Positions 37,451-51,256 of a stretch of 64,000 bases of DNA are shown here, piece after piece (position 1 is the first letter of the stretch; every line of letters starts with the position of its first letter). The stretch lies in assembly GCA_010909165.1 (NCBI GenBank), contig MU008158.1:1017478-1081477 (forward strand), written 5' to 3'. The position numbers were made by a program, and so were the translations under genes. The notes under the pieces were generated by a model. It was given only the letters and a program-made list of their open reading frames with translations, was not told the origin of the DNA and searched no databases. The DNA is from Anthoceros angustus (taxonomy: Eukaryota; Plantae; Anthocerotophyta).

Positions 37451-38383
37451 AAGGTGTGCGTCAATGGAGCATGTCCGAGGCATCATACTACGTGGGTTCA
37501 GCTGAAGTGCGTGTCGCGGATGCGGAAGGAGGAATGAGCAGGCGTGGGTGTTTGTGTGGACCGAGAGGGAAGACAGTGGTGGGGTGAGTGTCTCTCCACC
37601 CAATTGCTAGGCCACAATTTGGGATGCAATGTTGTCGATGTTATCCGGACAATCCGGTGTTGATGTGGTAATGTGGGGTGTCTTTGTTTGGTAGAAGGCA
37701 ATGAGAGGAAAACGTGGGTTAGTACGGTCGAAGCAGTGGGATGAAACAGTACAAGAGAGCACCACCGTCACGCACCAATCCTCCAATCTCGGCTCTGTAT
37801 GCGATATTGATTTTCTTGGGGTGCAGCCTTGAGCGTGATCTTGATAATGTAACCAGTTCTTAGCGGTGGTTAGTTGTTATTACTATAGTCCATAAGAGTT
37901 ACTCCTGTGTAAAAAATAAAACGTATTTCTTTGATTTTGAATTTGGGCACGCCTTGGCATTTTGAAAGTTCGAGATGACATAAAAAGGTGTCTGTCACAT
38001 TACACACCGGTCAGGCTGCGTGGTATTACGAAGACCAGCGACTTGCGTGGTGGCGGCCAAGTATGGTTCCCTAAATGTTGAGGAGGTGGGGACGGTGCAA
38101 TGCCGGTCCATGAGGGCGGACCCGGACGTGCCAGTACCCCGTCATGCCCGCAGTGTGCCTTGAGGCAGTGAGCCACAAACCGTCAGATGGCCAGTTCAGA
38201 TTCGGCCGGGGACTCCAACCTTGGTGAGCAGGTTTATGTACACGGATCCTCACCATAAAGCCGGTGCGTGATTCACCGTCATTTCAGCCATGTGGTGGCG
38301 TTGTTTAGGTGACGTAATAAATGGCCGGTAGGAGCAGAGGCGCGTCATTTCTCCCCAATTCATTCACTGGCACATCGCTGTCG

Positions 38384-38900
38384 TCATTTTATTACGGATT
38401 GTAGTGTGGCGTTGGTAAGTAGAGGCAACATGTGGATCCACGAGTGTCCTTGTTTTGAAACTATGAAATGCAATTCTCTAATGATGCACTTTTCAGTCTC
38501 AGTTGCGACCTTGAGTTCTCGTGAGGCAATCATTCGAATTCTTTGGTCGATCCGAAGAGTGAGGTCCGATCTTATTCGAGCTAAAGACTTGAGTATGCGG
38601 CGATCTTCAAGTGTTGAATAGGAATCGTCCAAGATCAGATCCTTGTCTGCATCGGATGGGTAAACTCTTGGTGGTCGTATCGCTAACCCTCGTCTTGAGT
38701 TTGCGCGTTGATTTGCGTGATAGGTGCAGAGACGCGGATCCTGTTGTTCACCACGGGATGTCTCCAATTCTCGAGATGCAATGGAGAAGGGAGCCGTTTG
38801 AGGATTTAAATCTAGATTCTCACGGGAGGATCCTCAAAGGTCTGACTGCGATGAGAGGCGATTCAGTTACGGTTTCCCCTACAAGCAGACATGATACCTA
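38384..38900 (-). CDS. Short sense upstream ORF in the leader of Copia C (helical/coiled-coil-like; copy at 48539-48928)
   Basis: DSYSTLEDRRILKSLARIRSDLTLRIDQRIRMIASRELKVATETEKCIIRELH is open in both copies and lies just after the PBS. Confidence 0.45.
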
Positions 38901-39938
38901 TTTCTAAACCTCCGTCATCCCTGCTGCTCAAGTGAGACCGACATAGATTGTTTCTTAATGCAATCCCACCATGGCTAGGCTAATAGTGTTGTGCGGGGGG
39001 TGAGATAGGAGTTTCAACATAGCTTAGCGTGTATCTACGAATGCACACTAAATTACGTTGAAAACCTTATCTCATCTAGAGTGTAGCATCTGTTCTCGTA
39101 GATAGAGTAGCCTACATCTATGTAAAGACGAGCAACATGAATCAAAAGAGAGCCTGGTGCTCTAATACCATGATATAAAAGCGGAAGCTTGTTGTAAAAA
39201 TAGAATGAACAAAATACAAAATTGTGTGTGTTTAAATACTTGCATAAGTGACTGTTCACTTAACCTAACTAGCATTAGGTAATCATATGTTAATCTGTGT
39301 TAGGATAACTAAAATAACCCTTAACAAGTCTAACGTTCTTCCCTTGTCCACACCTTGTCATACGAATGGCTATTTTAGCTCAATCTGTTACTTTCATTGA
39401 ACCTACTTGGCTAGTCACTATAGGGGCTCAATTACATTTGCAAATAGAAAGAGCAGCGGAGGAGGAGCACATGCCCATTAGACTTGATGTCATTTCCAAA
39501 TGATACTACTCCCGATCCCTGCCCCGGTCCTGTTCGAGCTCTTGATCACAATGCATGATCCCACCTTCTTGTTGTTGATGGCTAGTTACCTCATGCCGTT
39601 GATCCTGACAATCTGAATGGTGACCCAGTTGATGAGGCTGACTCTCTTGGCGTGTTAGGCCTTGACCTAGCGACTGCAGAACCGGATGAAGACCTTGTTC
39701 TTCTTCTAGATCCTGATATGCCTCTACGACGATCGACTCGTTACAGACCTCCCCTGAAGAATGGATAGAACCTTGTTATGAGTCCATAGACTTCCGGAGC
39801 TCCTATGCTGAACATGTTAATTTAGCCTCTATGACAGTTCACCTAGAACCAATGTTACTTACAGTTGCTTTGGCCGGGCTAGAACATGCTAAATGGATGG
39901 TAGCAGTTGATAATGAATACAACTTCCTTGTCAAAAAC

Positions 39939-40975
39939 TGGAAGTTTCACTAGAAAAGCTAGAAAAGTGCACCTTTACTAAACACAGATTTATAGAGAGA
40001 CGAGACAATGGGGCACGTTTTCATTTTACTACAGGAGTCTTGGGCCCATATATTATTTTTTGGTATAGCATGAGACTTTACCATGTGCATTGGGATGTTT
40101 TACTACATGAGTATTCTACTTGACTATACCATATAGGTGCATGAGTGAAGTTTACTACGACAATTCCTTTCTTTACAATAGTTGAGACTTTACTACAAGG
40201 TTTAATGTTTTACTACATGATGGTTTACAATGGGACACACATGTTTTATCACATGGGTGTTTTGTTTGAGTTTTACAACGGTACTATTTACAATAAAGCG
40301 CAATACTTTTGAAGGGTTTGCTACATGTGAATATGACACGTACAACGGGCCGGCTTTTACCATGAAAAAAAGCGTTTACAACAAGGCCTTTTTGTATAGT
40401 TTGAACCCTAAATCCTAGGTTTTATTATGAAGGAGTTACAGAGGTTTATAATGCAATCGAGGAGGTTTAATTTGAATTGCACCCTTTATGGCATCTACAA
40501 AACTCACGGTATGCCATTGAGCTTCTACCCAATCCGAAATTGGGCGTCCACGCACGCCATCAAGAAATCATGGTGTTAATTTGAGAAAGGCACCTCCCAT
40601 CACCATGGTCGTTCTGGGAAATCCAAAAACTCAGCCTCGGTCTTGAAACTACCCACTATCCTCCGGGCATCCTCTGCGGTCATGGGCCCAAGTGGGGAGT
40701 TGCACATCTAAAGATTTGGCACATGTCTACCACACTCGGCACCACACTGCCCCACCCATCTTGGACGCTCGGCCATTTTAAATCCTATAAATCACAACTA
40801 GACCTTTCATCACCAAAACCAAATGGCAGACTAGGCTAGGCGCGAGGCAGGCGTGGGGGCATGGGGGCGTGGGGGCATGGGGGCGTGGGCGGCGGATGCA
40901 CCTCAGTGCCTTGTTGATTCGCTGATTCCACTTTGGGATATGGGCCCCACACTTTAGGAGGAAGATCTACAAGTA
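39939..40975. mobile_element. ~1.04-kb insertion splitting the RT start of Copia A; CACTA-end-like, carries a 100-aa minus-strand ORF (copy at 50104-~51157)
   Basis: Host reads LVKN | insert | ET*KLVE; CACTAGAAAA at 39948 is followed by many TTTAC(T/A/C)AC repeats; ORF MAGASEDGWAEC.. is intact at 50665-50967. Confidence 0.5.
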
Positions 40976-41156
40976 GAAACTTGAAAACTTGTAGAAATTC
41001 CTCCGAGGTGCTAAGCCCATATCATAGTGGTATTCGAAGTTAAGCCCAAGGCGAGATTGCCAGTGTAAAAGCAAGTCTCGTAGCAATGGGGTTTCATACA
41101 AGTCGGGAAGGGTTAGATTAGCAAGAGACCTTCTCCCTATCATTGAAACACGAGTC

Positions 41157-44100
41157 CACTTAGAACTAACAAAACCCTCTGGCTGCACCATGTACAGAAC
41201 CTCCTCTAGCTCACCATGGAGAAATGTTGTACAAACATCGATGCAGTGAACCTCGAGATCATACTCCGCAGCCATGGCAAGCGGAATCCGGATAGATGGT
41301 GGCTTTACAAGGAGAAAGTCTCATAATCCACACAGGATTTGGCTAAAACCTCTTGCAATCGGTCGAGATTTATAGCGAGCAATAGTGTTTAATTTAGTTT
41401 TAAATACCCACTTGCAGGTGATGGGCTTACGACCTGGAGGTAGGTCCACCAGCTCCCACGTGTTGTTCTTAATTAAACTGTTGTACCATCGTCGATGCTA
41501 ACCCGCCAATGGGCACCATCAGGGCCATTAAGAGCTTCATCATACGACTGAGGGTCAGGCCTCACATCTGGAACAGATAAGTCTGCCACATATGCTGATT
41601 TACGAAAATCAATAGACTCATATGGTACTTCTGTCCAGTCTGACCTTAGCCTCCGTTCTCTAACAGGATATCGTGGAGAGGGAGGATCGGCAGGAATTTC
41701 CGCTCCCACTGGATCTGCTTTGGTCGAATCTGTCATCTTGAATAATGAGAACCATCGCCGGACACATCATTTTGAGTCATCATCAACCATGGGGTCTAGG
41801 TCGATTCAACATGATGGTCGACAGATTGCAGATTGAAATCGGCATCTCCATTGTCCAAAAGCGTGCATGTTTCGTCATCTTGAATAATAGAACCACCATC
41901 GGACTGTCATTTTTGAGTCATCATCAACCATGGGGTCTGGTTGATTCAACATGATGGTCGACAGTTGCGGTCCGAAATCGGCATATCCATTGTCCAAAAG
42001 CGATGCTGCTGCCTCACCATCCAGTCGGGATACACATCAGGGGTGGTTGAACAACGGGCAAGCAGGGGCTAAGTGAACAGTCTTTGGAGGAGCCACAAAA
42101 TCATCGAGCATTACCTCATATGCAATCATCTTGCTCACGGAGTAGAACCTCCCTCAAGTAGTTCATGTGATGGTTACGATCTAGGAGAGGTAAGCTCATT
42201 AAAGCGTGACACTTCTTGCTAGTGCCACCTTGTGGGTTTGGGGATCAATCAACACTTGTATGCCTTACTTTCCTCGAATAGCCTAAAGCGGGTAAGGCGC
42301 CGTCATCTAACTTTTCCTTTTCTCTGCAGGGAACATTAACAAGGTAGGTGATCCAAACACCACAGTGATTTATCTTGGGCTTACGACCCCAAAACACTTC
42401 ATACAGTCTTCCTCGAATGTAAAGTCTATTGAGACATCGTTCTGATGGTAATGGCCTGCCGTACTTTTAGGTAACACACATAAGAAAGCATACTTCTGTC
42501 ATGTAGTTCTTACATCGCAACAGTTTTCTCTTGTGTGTAGAACGCAGACGGTTAGCGAATGATGCCACACTTGTTGAAGAGTTCATCATATTTGGGGCCG
42601 AACTCGCCTCCATTATACGTCCTTAGACATTTTACTAGAGCGGCGGTTTGGCGTTGAACCATGACAATCAGGGATGCAATCGATCAAAGCATCCTTTTAT
42701 GCCTCAAAGGGTAAGTCCAAGTATATCGTGAATAATCGTCAGTGATTGTTAGATAGTACTCAGCACCTCCTAGAGACTTAATCTGCAATTTTCCGGCTAT
42801 GTCAGTATGTACTAACTCTAGCAAAGACGTTGCCCTTGTGGCACTCTTATTTTGAAAGCGTTCTTTACATGTTTGGAATGATGCGAGGCGCAAGCGAGAC
42901 TTAAAACACGAGCGCATCTTCTCCCTGTAACAATTAGATGCTGACATAAGGTCAAGTTTGCTTTGTTACATGCCCTAGTCTAGCATGCCACAACCTAACT
43001 TTTGATTCAAAGAAATTGCATATGCTCGTTCTAACCTCTTGGATGTAGTGATCGGTTGGTACAAGTCACCCCTGGCTAACGACTTTGCTAAATGATGGTC
43101 GAATCATCTAAAATTTGTAAATGTAGCAATGGTTAGCTTCAAAGCGGAAACCATACAACTGACTACTTGTAATTGCTCGAATGTAGATCAGGTTCTTTGA
43201 TATGGAGGGCACATAGAGGACATCTTCCAGCTGGACTGACTCTCCATTCATTAGAGGTATAACAACACGTCCAATACCTTTAACTGCAACTCCTCGAGCA
43301 TCTCCCACATACAACATTGTTGTGGTGGTTGTGTTCGAGAAAATCGTGAGAATGAGCAAGGGTTATTATGCAAACATGTGCGGTGCTTTTGAGTCAATAA
43401 ACCACAGAGATGAATTCAAAGCTCACGTGTAGCAGTGAAGCACACAGTCTAAGTTGTTGCGATGCCGTGTGAAGGTTGCTTGGAGTCCTTCACAACAACA
43501 TGAGCTTGAGATGATTTCCATCCTTCTTGGATCACCGAACTTGCTTGACAGTCCGCTCCTAATGACCGGGGAATGCCACGATTGCATGTGCTGTTGTTTA
43601 GTCGAGGCGAAATGGAGGTTGGTTTCTTTCCTCCTTTTGTTACCCTCCCAAAGCGCTTTGCCTTGGCGCAAACAACATTTTTCACCTCAATTTACGGAGC
43701 GGGTCCGGACACATGATGGCTTTGCTCCTCTTGCGAGTGCACCAATCACGTTGTTGAGGGGCGATAGTGCTAGTTGACCATTAGCATCAAGTAATGCGGA
43801 TAAAATTATGGCATTCATTTGTCGGCGACGTATGTCGGATAAAATTATGGCATTCATTTGTCGGCGACGTTAAGTAGTACGGATAAGAATTATGGCTTAT
43901 CTTGGCATTCATTTACGGGCGAATCTTGCTCTCGATCTTCGATACATTCTTTGTTGGTGGGAGCAAAGCGCAAGTAACTTCGTATCGAGCGTCCACCTCG
44001 ATCATTGTCTTTGCGGCGTAAATGTGCCCTCAATTTACGAACTTTGTTATGTGTGCTCCCAAACTGTCCCCTTCCTTCAATCGCAAGCGATAGAATTGAT

Positions 44101-47100
44101 TGCGAACAGAAACCAGCGTCAAGATATTCTGAACCTGGTAAGTGTTTTTGAGTTGCTCACGGCGGCGGTATGTGAAGCAAGCTTTCAACTTTTGTGACTG
44201 TGGTTTCACCAAGGCCTGAAAGTATGATGGCAAAGGCCACCTTGTTCCCTTTGACAAACTTGTCTTTGACATCTTGTGGTTCAGTCGATGCAGGAACTGG
44301 AATCAAGCCATTGGGGTACTCCCACACATCACGAGCATCTAGAAATGCCTTCATCCTAGCTCTCCAACTCTCATACTTGGTATGTGTACCGTCGAAACGG
44401 TCTTTTTCCTTGAATTCCCCTCCGAAGGTTCGATTACATGTAGTCATTTGAGCGATGTGTTGGGGAGGCCAGAATCACGGGGAGGAGGCGTATGGAAATT
44501 GAGCGATTCTGATTGCGGGAAAGGCGTCTCGTATACGAGTCGATGTCGAGTCACTATCATATCTTCAAAGTGATGGGCGGCATGCAGTGTAGCTATCACA
44601 TGCGAAACACATGAAGGCATCGGACCGTGCAGTGTAAAAGAATACCTATGACATGCTAACAAGAGCCGTCGAATCGAGCATACCGCGAAGCGACGCAAAG
44701 CTACGAAGCGGTGAAGTCGGTTAGCCCTAGAAACACCAAGCGTGCTAACTTGAATTTTATAGATATGACGAGTTGCGTCTACATGGCGGTGTACATAATC
44801 AAAAAAAGGCAAAGTGTCATGTGACCACCAACGCGTGTGTGAGCGGCACTGTTGATGGTGGTACAAGCCGATGCACTGGGTGGCGAGCTCGCCCACCTCC
44901 GTGGCGCACGCCACAAACCAATGATCAAGCCGCCTCACGAAGTTGCGCTCACGAGTTGGGCGTCACACTCTTGCAATGCCGTTGGAAATGGCGCCCGGAA
45001 TGACGTCGGGTGTTAAGTCTCTCGGCGTCGTATTTGGAGCTCGGACAAGCGAAATTTTAGGCGGAGGGCGGTGCTGCGCGACATCCACTTTCGGCATGCG
45101 TTCCTGGCGTTGCCACTTACGCAAGTTTGTGGGAATCGCCTCTCCATGTGCAGTGTCGGAGTCATGGGTGACGGGGCCGGTGTCGATTGACAATAGTTTT
45201 CGGCGCATGGGTGAGGTGGGGCGGCCTTAATTGTGTGTTTTAGGGTGGGTCGATTGAATTGGGTACGGTCTTCATGTGTCACACCCAATGGGCAAGCATG
45301 CACATTCGATTTGAACCATGGGCTGGTTTGTCGCATGATGGTTGCACCATTGACAATAGTTGCCGCTTTGGCCCGTTTCACCCCAGCTATTTACGTATAC
45401 ATTTGCTCAAACTTCCAGGATACAAGTTCATACCTCGGACAAAGTTAAATACGACCATTCGACACGGTCCAATTAGAGGAGGGCCTACTATGTCTCTTGA
45501 TCGGAGAAGGTCCTACCTAAACCCATGCAATTTTGTGCCGATTTGGAAACGGGCACCCTATCTATGTCAAATGTACACACTTTTATAAACCAAAAAAACA
45601 AACGGCAAACTTTTACGCCCCATTACTATGCCACCCTCAACAATTCAATCCCTACCATGCGAGGCATGGTAATCGTTCACGGTGAGTTCATGGTACTTTT
45701 GACATGGTAGGCGCTTGTGAGTTCTATGGCGAGTTGTTCGGATCATAGAGGTAAATGCGGCGAAGGTGACTTCACGACCATTGTGCTAAGCGTGCCAGTG
45801 CAGTGTTCATTAACCAAAGTTCCACCAAGTATGGTCGAGGATTATTGTGGATTTTCGTGGTGGACACTCGACATGCTTGCGGTATGGGCGTGATTTGAAG
45901 ACGGACCGTATACCTTGACACATGTCGCAGCATTTGTGCAGGATGTAATGCGGTAAGTCGGCTTGGGTTATATGTACACCGTCTGAGAGCGGTGGGATCA
46001 CCGCCGTATCCATCGATTAGTTACTCGCATATAGGCCGCCCAGTACCTCGGTCATCACGATCAAACCGGGCTCGGGGTGTGGTGGTCAAGTCATTTCGAG
46101 TCATTTTGTATGGACCATCCTTGTTTTTAATCTCGGTCACGGTGTCACACTCGATTTGTTGTTTTGGGCCACACTACAGGTGTCTCTTCTATAGCGATTG
46201 CTCGAGCGATGGAGCATCAACAAATTCGGCCGAGGAATACGAGTGGCGTACTTATTGAGTTACGTGTGGGCCGACTGGCAGAAGTTGTGCATTGTACCAA
46301 GTGGAAGTAGGCGTGCGGGGCAAGGCGCCCAGAGAGGCGTAAGGAGAGGAATCACAAAAACTTTGGCACGAGTGCGACGTAAGGAAGGCGGACAACGTTG
46401 CCTGCCGCAGCACACATACCTTGACTTCATTACTATACTCTCCATTTCATACTCACGTTGTTGCTGCGGAGGATGTCGCTCTTGTGAGTTGGGGTAGACC
46501 ATGTCGGTAGTGTCGAGAGCACAAGTTGAGGCTTTCTTTGGAGTGGTCCGACGATGGAGAGGAAGGTCTCCACCTGGAAGGGATGGCCAACACAGTGCGG
46601 ATCTGAGCGAGGACTTAGAAGCTTTGGCTTGGAACGATTTCGTGGAGGAGTATCTGAACCAATGCCGCTTGTTTGCGCTCATGAATCTGCGAATGCTTTC
46701 CTTAGTGATGTCACGGCGGTTTTGGAGGTGCATGGGAAGGCCAAGTTGTTGCTTGAAGCGGCGATTGTGCTCGAGCCTTGTTCCAAGGCGATTGGTGACA
46801 CACCAAATGAGTCTTTGATTATCGGAGGAGTGAACACTAGGGACAAATGCACTTTCCACCGGATTTGAGTTGGTCTCAACTCGCTTGACCTTATTGAAGC
46901 CCTACAGAACATTCCATGGCTCTGAGGTGAGCTTGTGGATCTTTGTCTGGTCTTTCAGACATCACCAAGATTTCATACACCACAAATTGTCCAAGTCAAC
47001 AAGGCGGAGGAATTTCCGTGTGTTATCACGAGTCAAGGTTCTTCGGCCCAAATGAGGAGACAAGGTGTGCGGGATGAGGATTTGCGCTTGGGCTCGATGT

Positions 47101-49650
47101 GAGAGGAGGATTGGAAGCTCGTCATGCAATTTGGAGTCACGGGGAAGAGGTGATGGTGTGTGGCGCGACCGCGGGTAGCTGCAGAGGCACGTTTAAGGAA
47201 GCACAATGGTGCAGGCTCGAACCCATATGGTCGGGGGTGCAGGCGAGTTAAAGCATTTACGCCGGTGGGGAGAGATCAGGCCAGGGGATGAAACCGAATG
47301 GTGCAAGACACCACGACCTTGAAGGCATAGCCCGATTCGAGGCGCGTGATCGACAAGGAGCATTTGTCGGTACTAGTAGACATGCTACAATGTGACCCAT
47401 CGTTTGGTGCTCGTTTGTAGTAGATTCATCTGTTGGGGGTGGTGACTTGTCGTGTTATTTTGGCAAGGTCGGGGGCAGGTAAGACAAGCAGCGTCACCGG
47501 CGGCACTAAGCAGGTGGGCGGGAAGAGGAGGACCAGCCATCGGGTAATTGTCCCTCTAGCGCAACTACGGCCCGCGTGCAGGATCTTGCAACCCGGTCTG
47601 CGAAGCAAGCAAGAGGTTACCCGTGCACAAACTCGAAATCGATTGGTAAGGTGTGTCAATGGAGCATGTCGAGGCATCATACTACGTGGGTTCAGCCGCG
47701 GAAGTGCGTGTCGCGGATCTGAGGAAACGGAGGAATGAGCACAGGCTGGGTGTTTGTGGGGACCCGAGAGGGAAGACACAGGCTGGTGGGGTGAGTGTCT
47801 CTCCACCCAATTGCTAGGCCACAATTTGGGATGCAATGTTGTCGATGTTATCCGGACAATCCGGTGTTGATGTGGTAATGTGGGGTGTCTTGTTTGGTAG
47901 AAGGCAGGAAGGAAAGGGGTAAAGGGTTAGTACGGTCGAAGCCGGTGGGATGAAACAAGCGAGTACAGAGAGCACCGTCATAATGCACCAATCCTCCAAT
48001 CTGCGCCTGCTTGAATGTTGATTTTGTCGTATCTTGATAATGTAACCAGTTATGCGGTGGTTAGTTGTTATTACTATAGTCCATAAGAGTTACTCCTATT
48101 GTAAAAAGTAAAACGTATTTAACTTTTGATTTTGAATTTGGGCATATGCAGCATTTTGAAAGTTCGAGATGACATAAAGGTCGTCTGTCACGCACCACGA
48201 CACTGGTGGTGGCTTAGAGGCCAACGACTTGACGGTGGCGGCCGTATGGTTCCCTAAATGTTGGGGAGAGGTGGGGGTGCAATGCCGATCGAGGAGGCCG
48301 AGCCGGCATGTGAAAGTGCCACGCCGTCACGGTGGCCAGGGAGGCACCCGTCGGTGGGGTTCCGATTGGTAGGGCTCAACCGGTGAAACAGGTTTATGCC
48401 GGATCCTCACCATAAAGCCGGTGGGTTCACACGTCATTTTGCATAGCGGGTGGCGTTGTTTAGGTGACGTAATAAATGGCCGGTAGGAGCAGAGGCGCGT
48501 CATTTCTCCCCAATTCATTCACTGGCACATCGCTGTCGTCATTTTATTACGGATTGTAGTGTGGCGTTGGTAAGTAGAGGCAACATGTGGATCCACGAGT
48601 GTCCTTGTTTTGAAACTATGAAATGCAATTCTCTAATGATGCACTTTTCAGTCTCAGTTGCGACCTTGAGTTCTCGTGAGGCAATCATTCGAATTCTTTG
48701 GTCGATCCGAAGAGTGAGGTCCGATCTTATTCGAGCTAAAGACTTGAGTATGCGGCGATCTTCAAGTGTTGAATAGGAATCGCCCAAGATCGGATCCTTG
48801 CGCATCGGATGGGTAAACTCTGGTAGTGTATCGCTAACCCTCGTCTTGAGTTTGCGTTGATTTGCGTGATAGGTGCAGACGCGGATCCTGTTATTCACCA
48901 CGGGATGTCTCCAATTCTCGAGATGCAATGGAGAAGGGAGCGTTTGAGGATTTAAATCTAGATTCTCACGGGAGGATCCTCAAAGGTCTGACTGCGATGA
49001 GAGGCGATTCAGTTACGGTTTCCCCTACAAGCAGACATGATACCTATTTCTAAACCTCCGTCATCCCTGCGCTCAAGTGAGACCGACATAGATTGTTTCT
49101 TAATGCAATCCCACCATGGCTAGGCTAATAGTGTGTTGTGCGGGGGTGAGATAGAGTTTCAACATAAGCGTGTATCTCACGAATGCACACTAAATTACGT
49201 TGAAAACCTTATCTCATCTAGAGTGTAGCATCTCATTCTCGTAGATATAGAGTAGCCTACATCTATGTAAAGACGAGCAACATGAATCAAAAGAGGCACG
49301 GTGCTCTAATACCATGATATAAAAGCGGAAGCTTGTTGTAAAAATAGAATGAACAAAATACAAAATTGTGTGTGTTTAAATACTTGCATAAGTGACTGTT
49401 CACTTAACCTAACTAGCATTAGGTAATCATATGTTAATCTGTGTTAGGATAACTAAAATAACCCTTAACAAGTCTAACGTTCTTCCCTTGTCCACACCTT
49501 GTCATACGAATGGCTATTTTAGCTCAATCTGTTACTTTCATTGAACCTACTTGGCTAGTCACTATAGGGGCTCAATTACATTTGCAAATAGAGAGCAAAG
49601 GGAGCAGAGGGAGCACATGCACTGATTAGACTTCTGATTATCATTTTCCA
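41157..49650 (-). mobile_element. Ty1/Copia element C, copy 2 (part of the 10.4-kb duplication); LTR 49315-49650
   Basis: Same RT/IN/PR/gag fragments, leader, PBS (tgctctaatacca ending at 49314) and LTR as copy 1. Confidence 0.92.
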
Positions 49651-51256
49651 AATGATACTACTCCCGCTATTGCTGATCCTGTTCCCGGTCCTCTGTTCGA
49701 GCTCTTGACGGCTAATGCGCATGATCCCCACCTTGCTGTTGTTGATGGCTAGTTACCTCATGCCGTTGATCCTGACAATCTGAATGGTGACCCAGTTGAT
49801 GAGGCTGACTCTCTTGGCGTGTTAGGCCTTGACCTAGCGACTGCAGAACCGGATGAAGACCTTGTTCTTCTTCTAGATCCTGATATGCCTCTCACGACGA
49901 CTCCTAATTCTGGACCTCCCCTGAAGAATGGATAGAACCTTGTTATGAGTCCATGACTTAGCTCCTATCTTGAACATGTTAATTTAGCCTCTGTAATGAT
50001 TCACCTAGAACCAATGTTACTTACAGCGGTTGCTTTGGCCGGGCTAGAACATGCTAAATGGATGGTAGCAGTTGATAATGAATACAACTTCCTTGTCAAA
50101 AACTGGAAGTTTCACTAGAAAAGCTAGAAAAGTGCACCTTTACTAAACCGCAGTTATAGAGGCAAGACAATGGGGCACGTTTTCATTTTACTACAGGAGT
50201 CTTGGGCCCATATATTATTTTTTGGTATAGCATGAGACTTTACCATGTGCATTGGGATGTTTTACTACATGAGTATTCTCGCCACGGCTTACAACTATGA
50301 CATAGGTGCAGCGAGTGAAGTTTACTACGACAGTCCTTTCACTTTACAATAGCGCGGGAGACTTTACTACAAGGTTTAATGTTTTACTACATGATGGTTT
50401 ACAATGGGACACACATGTTTTATCACATGGGTGTTTTGTTTGATTTTACAACTACTCTTCAATAAAGCGCAATACTTTTGAAGGGTTTGCTACATGTGAA
50501 TATGACACGTACAACGGGCCGGCTTTTACCATGAAAAAAAGCGTTTACAACAAGGCCTTTTTGTATAGTTTGAACCCTAAATCCTAGGTTTTATTATGAA
50601 GGGGTTACAGGGTTTATAATGTGCACTGAGGGAGGTTTGGGCTGAATTGCACCTTTATGGCATCCTACAAAAGCCTCATGGTATGCCATTGAGCTTCTAC
50701 CCAATCCAGGAAATTGGGCGTCCACGGCACTGCCATCAGTAAAATCATGGTGTTAATTTGAGAAAGGCACCTCCCCATCACCATGAATCGTTGCCGGAAA
50801 TCCAAAAACTCAGCCTCGGTCTTGAAACTACCCACTATCCTCCGGGCATCCTCTGCGGTCATGGGCGCGTCAAGTGGGGGGAGTTGCATATCGGTAAAGA
50901 TTTGGCACATGTTCGCCTCACACTCGGCACCACACTCTGCCCACCCATCTTCGGACGCTCCGGCCATTTTAAATCCTATAAATCACAACTAGACCTTTCA
51001 TCACCAAAACCCAAAATGTAGACTAGACCTAGGGGCGGGAGCGCTTGCAGGGGCGTGGGGGCATGGGGGCGTGGGGGCGGGAGGCGCGATGATGCACCAC
51101 GGTGATGCGATTCACTTTCAGGATATGGGCTTACACTTTGGAGGAAGATCTACAAGTAGAAACTTGAAAACTTGTAGAAATTCCTCCAGGGTGTAAGCCC
51201 ATATCATGAAAGTGGGTATTTAAACTGAAGTTAAACGCCCAAGGCGAGATTGCCAG

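Larger units (their letters stand above)
30356..39498 (-). mobile_element. Ty1/Copia element C, copy 1: 5' LTR 39171-39498, PBS 39158-39170, ~5-kb leader, gag-pol 34154-30356, 3'-truncated within RT
   Basis: LTR TGGAAATG...TATCA then TGGTATTAGAGCA; gag EFKEKD..YESWRARM; PR WFIDSGAT; IN LWHARLGH, VHTDIAG, RTDNGGEF; RT LYGLKQSPRAW, LYVDD. Internal repeats: ~150 bp x2 (31350-31650) and 45 bp x2.5 (33499-33612). Confidence 0.93.

Noticed and set aside
34255-38406. CACTAC..GTAGTG pair as TIRs of a CACTA nested in the C leader
   Set aside because: The 3-bp flanks differ (GGT vs TGG), the left motif is not kept in copy 2, and the right one lies inside the leader ORF. A decayed insertion is not fully excluded.
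39939-40980. Helitron interpretation of the 1-kb insert (TC...CTAG on the minus strand)
   Set aside because: There is no A|T target, and removing it at those ends does not restore the host LVKN-ET frame.
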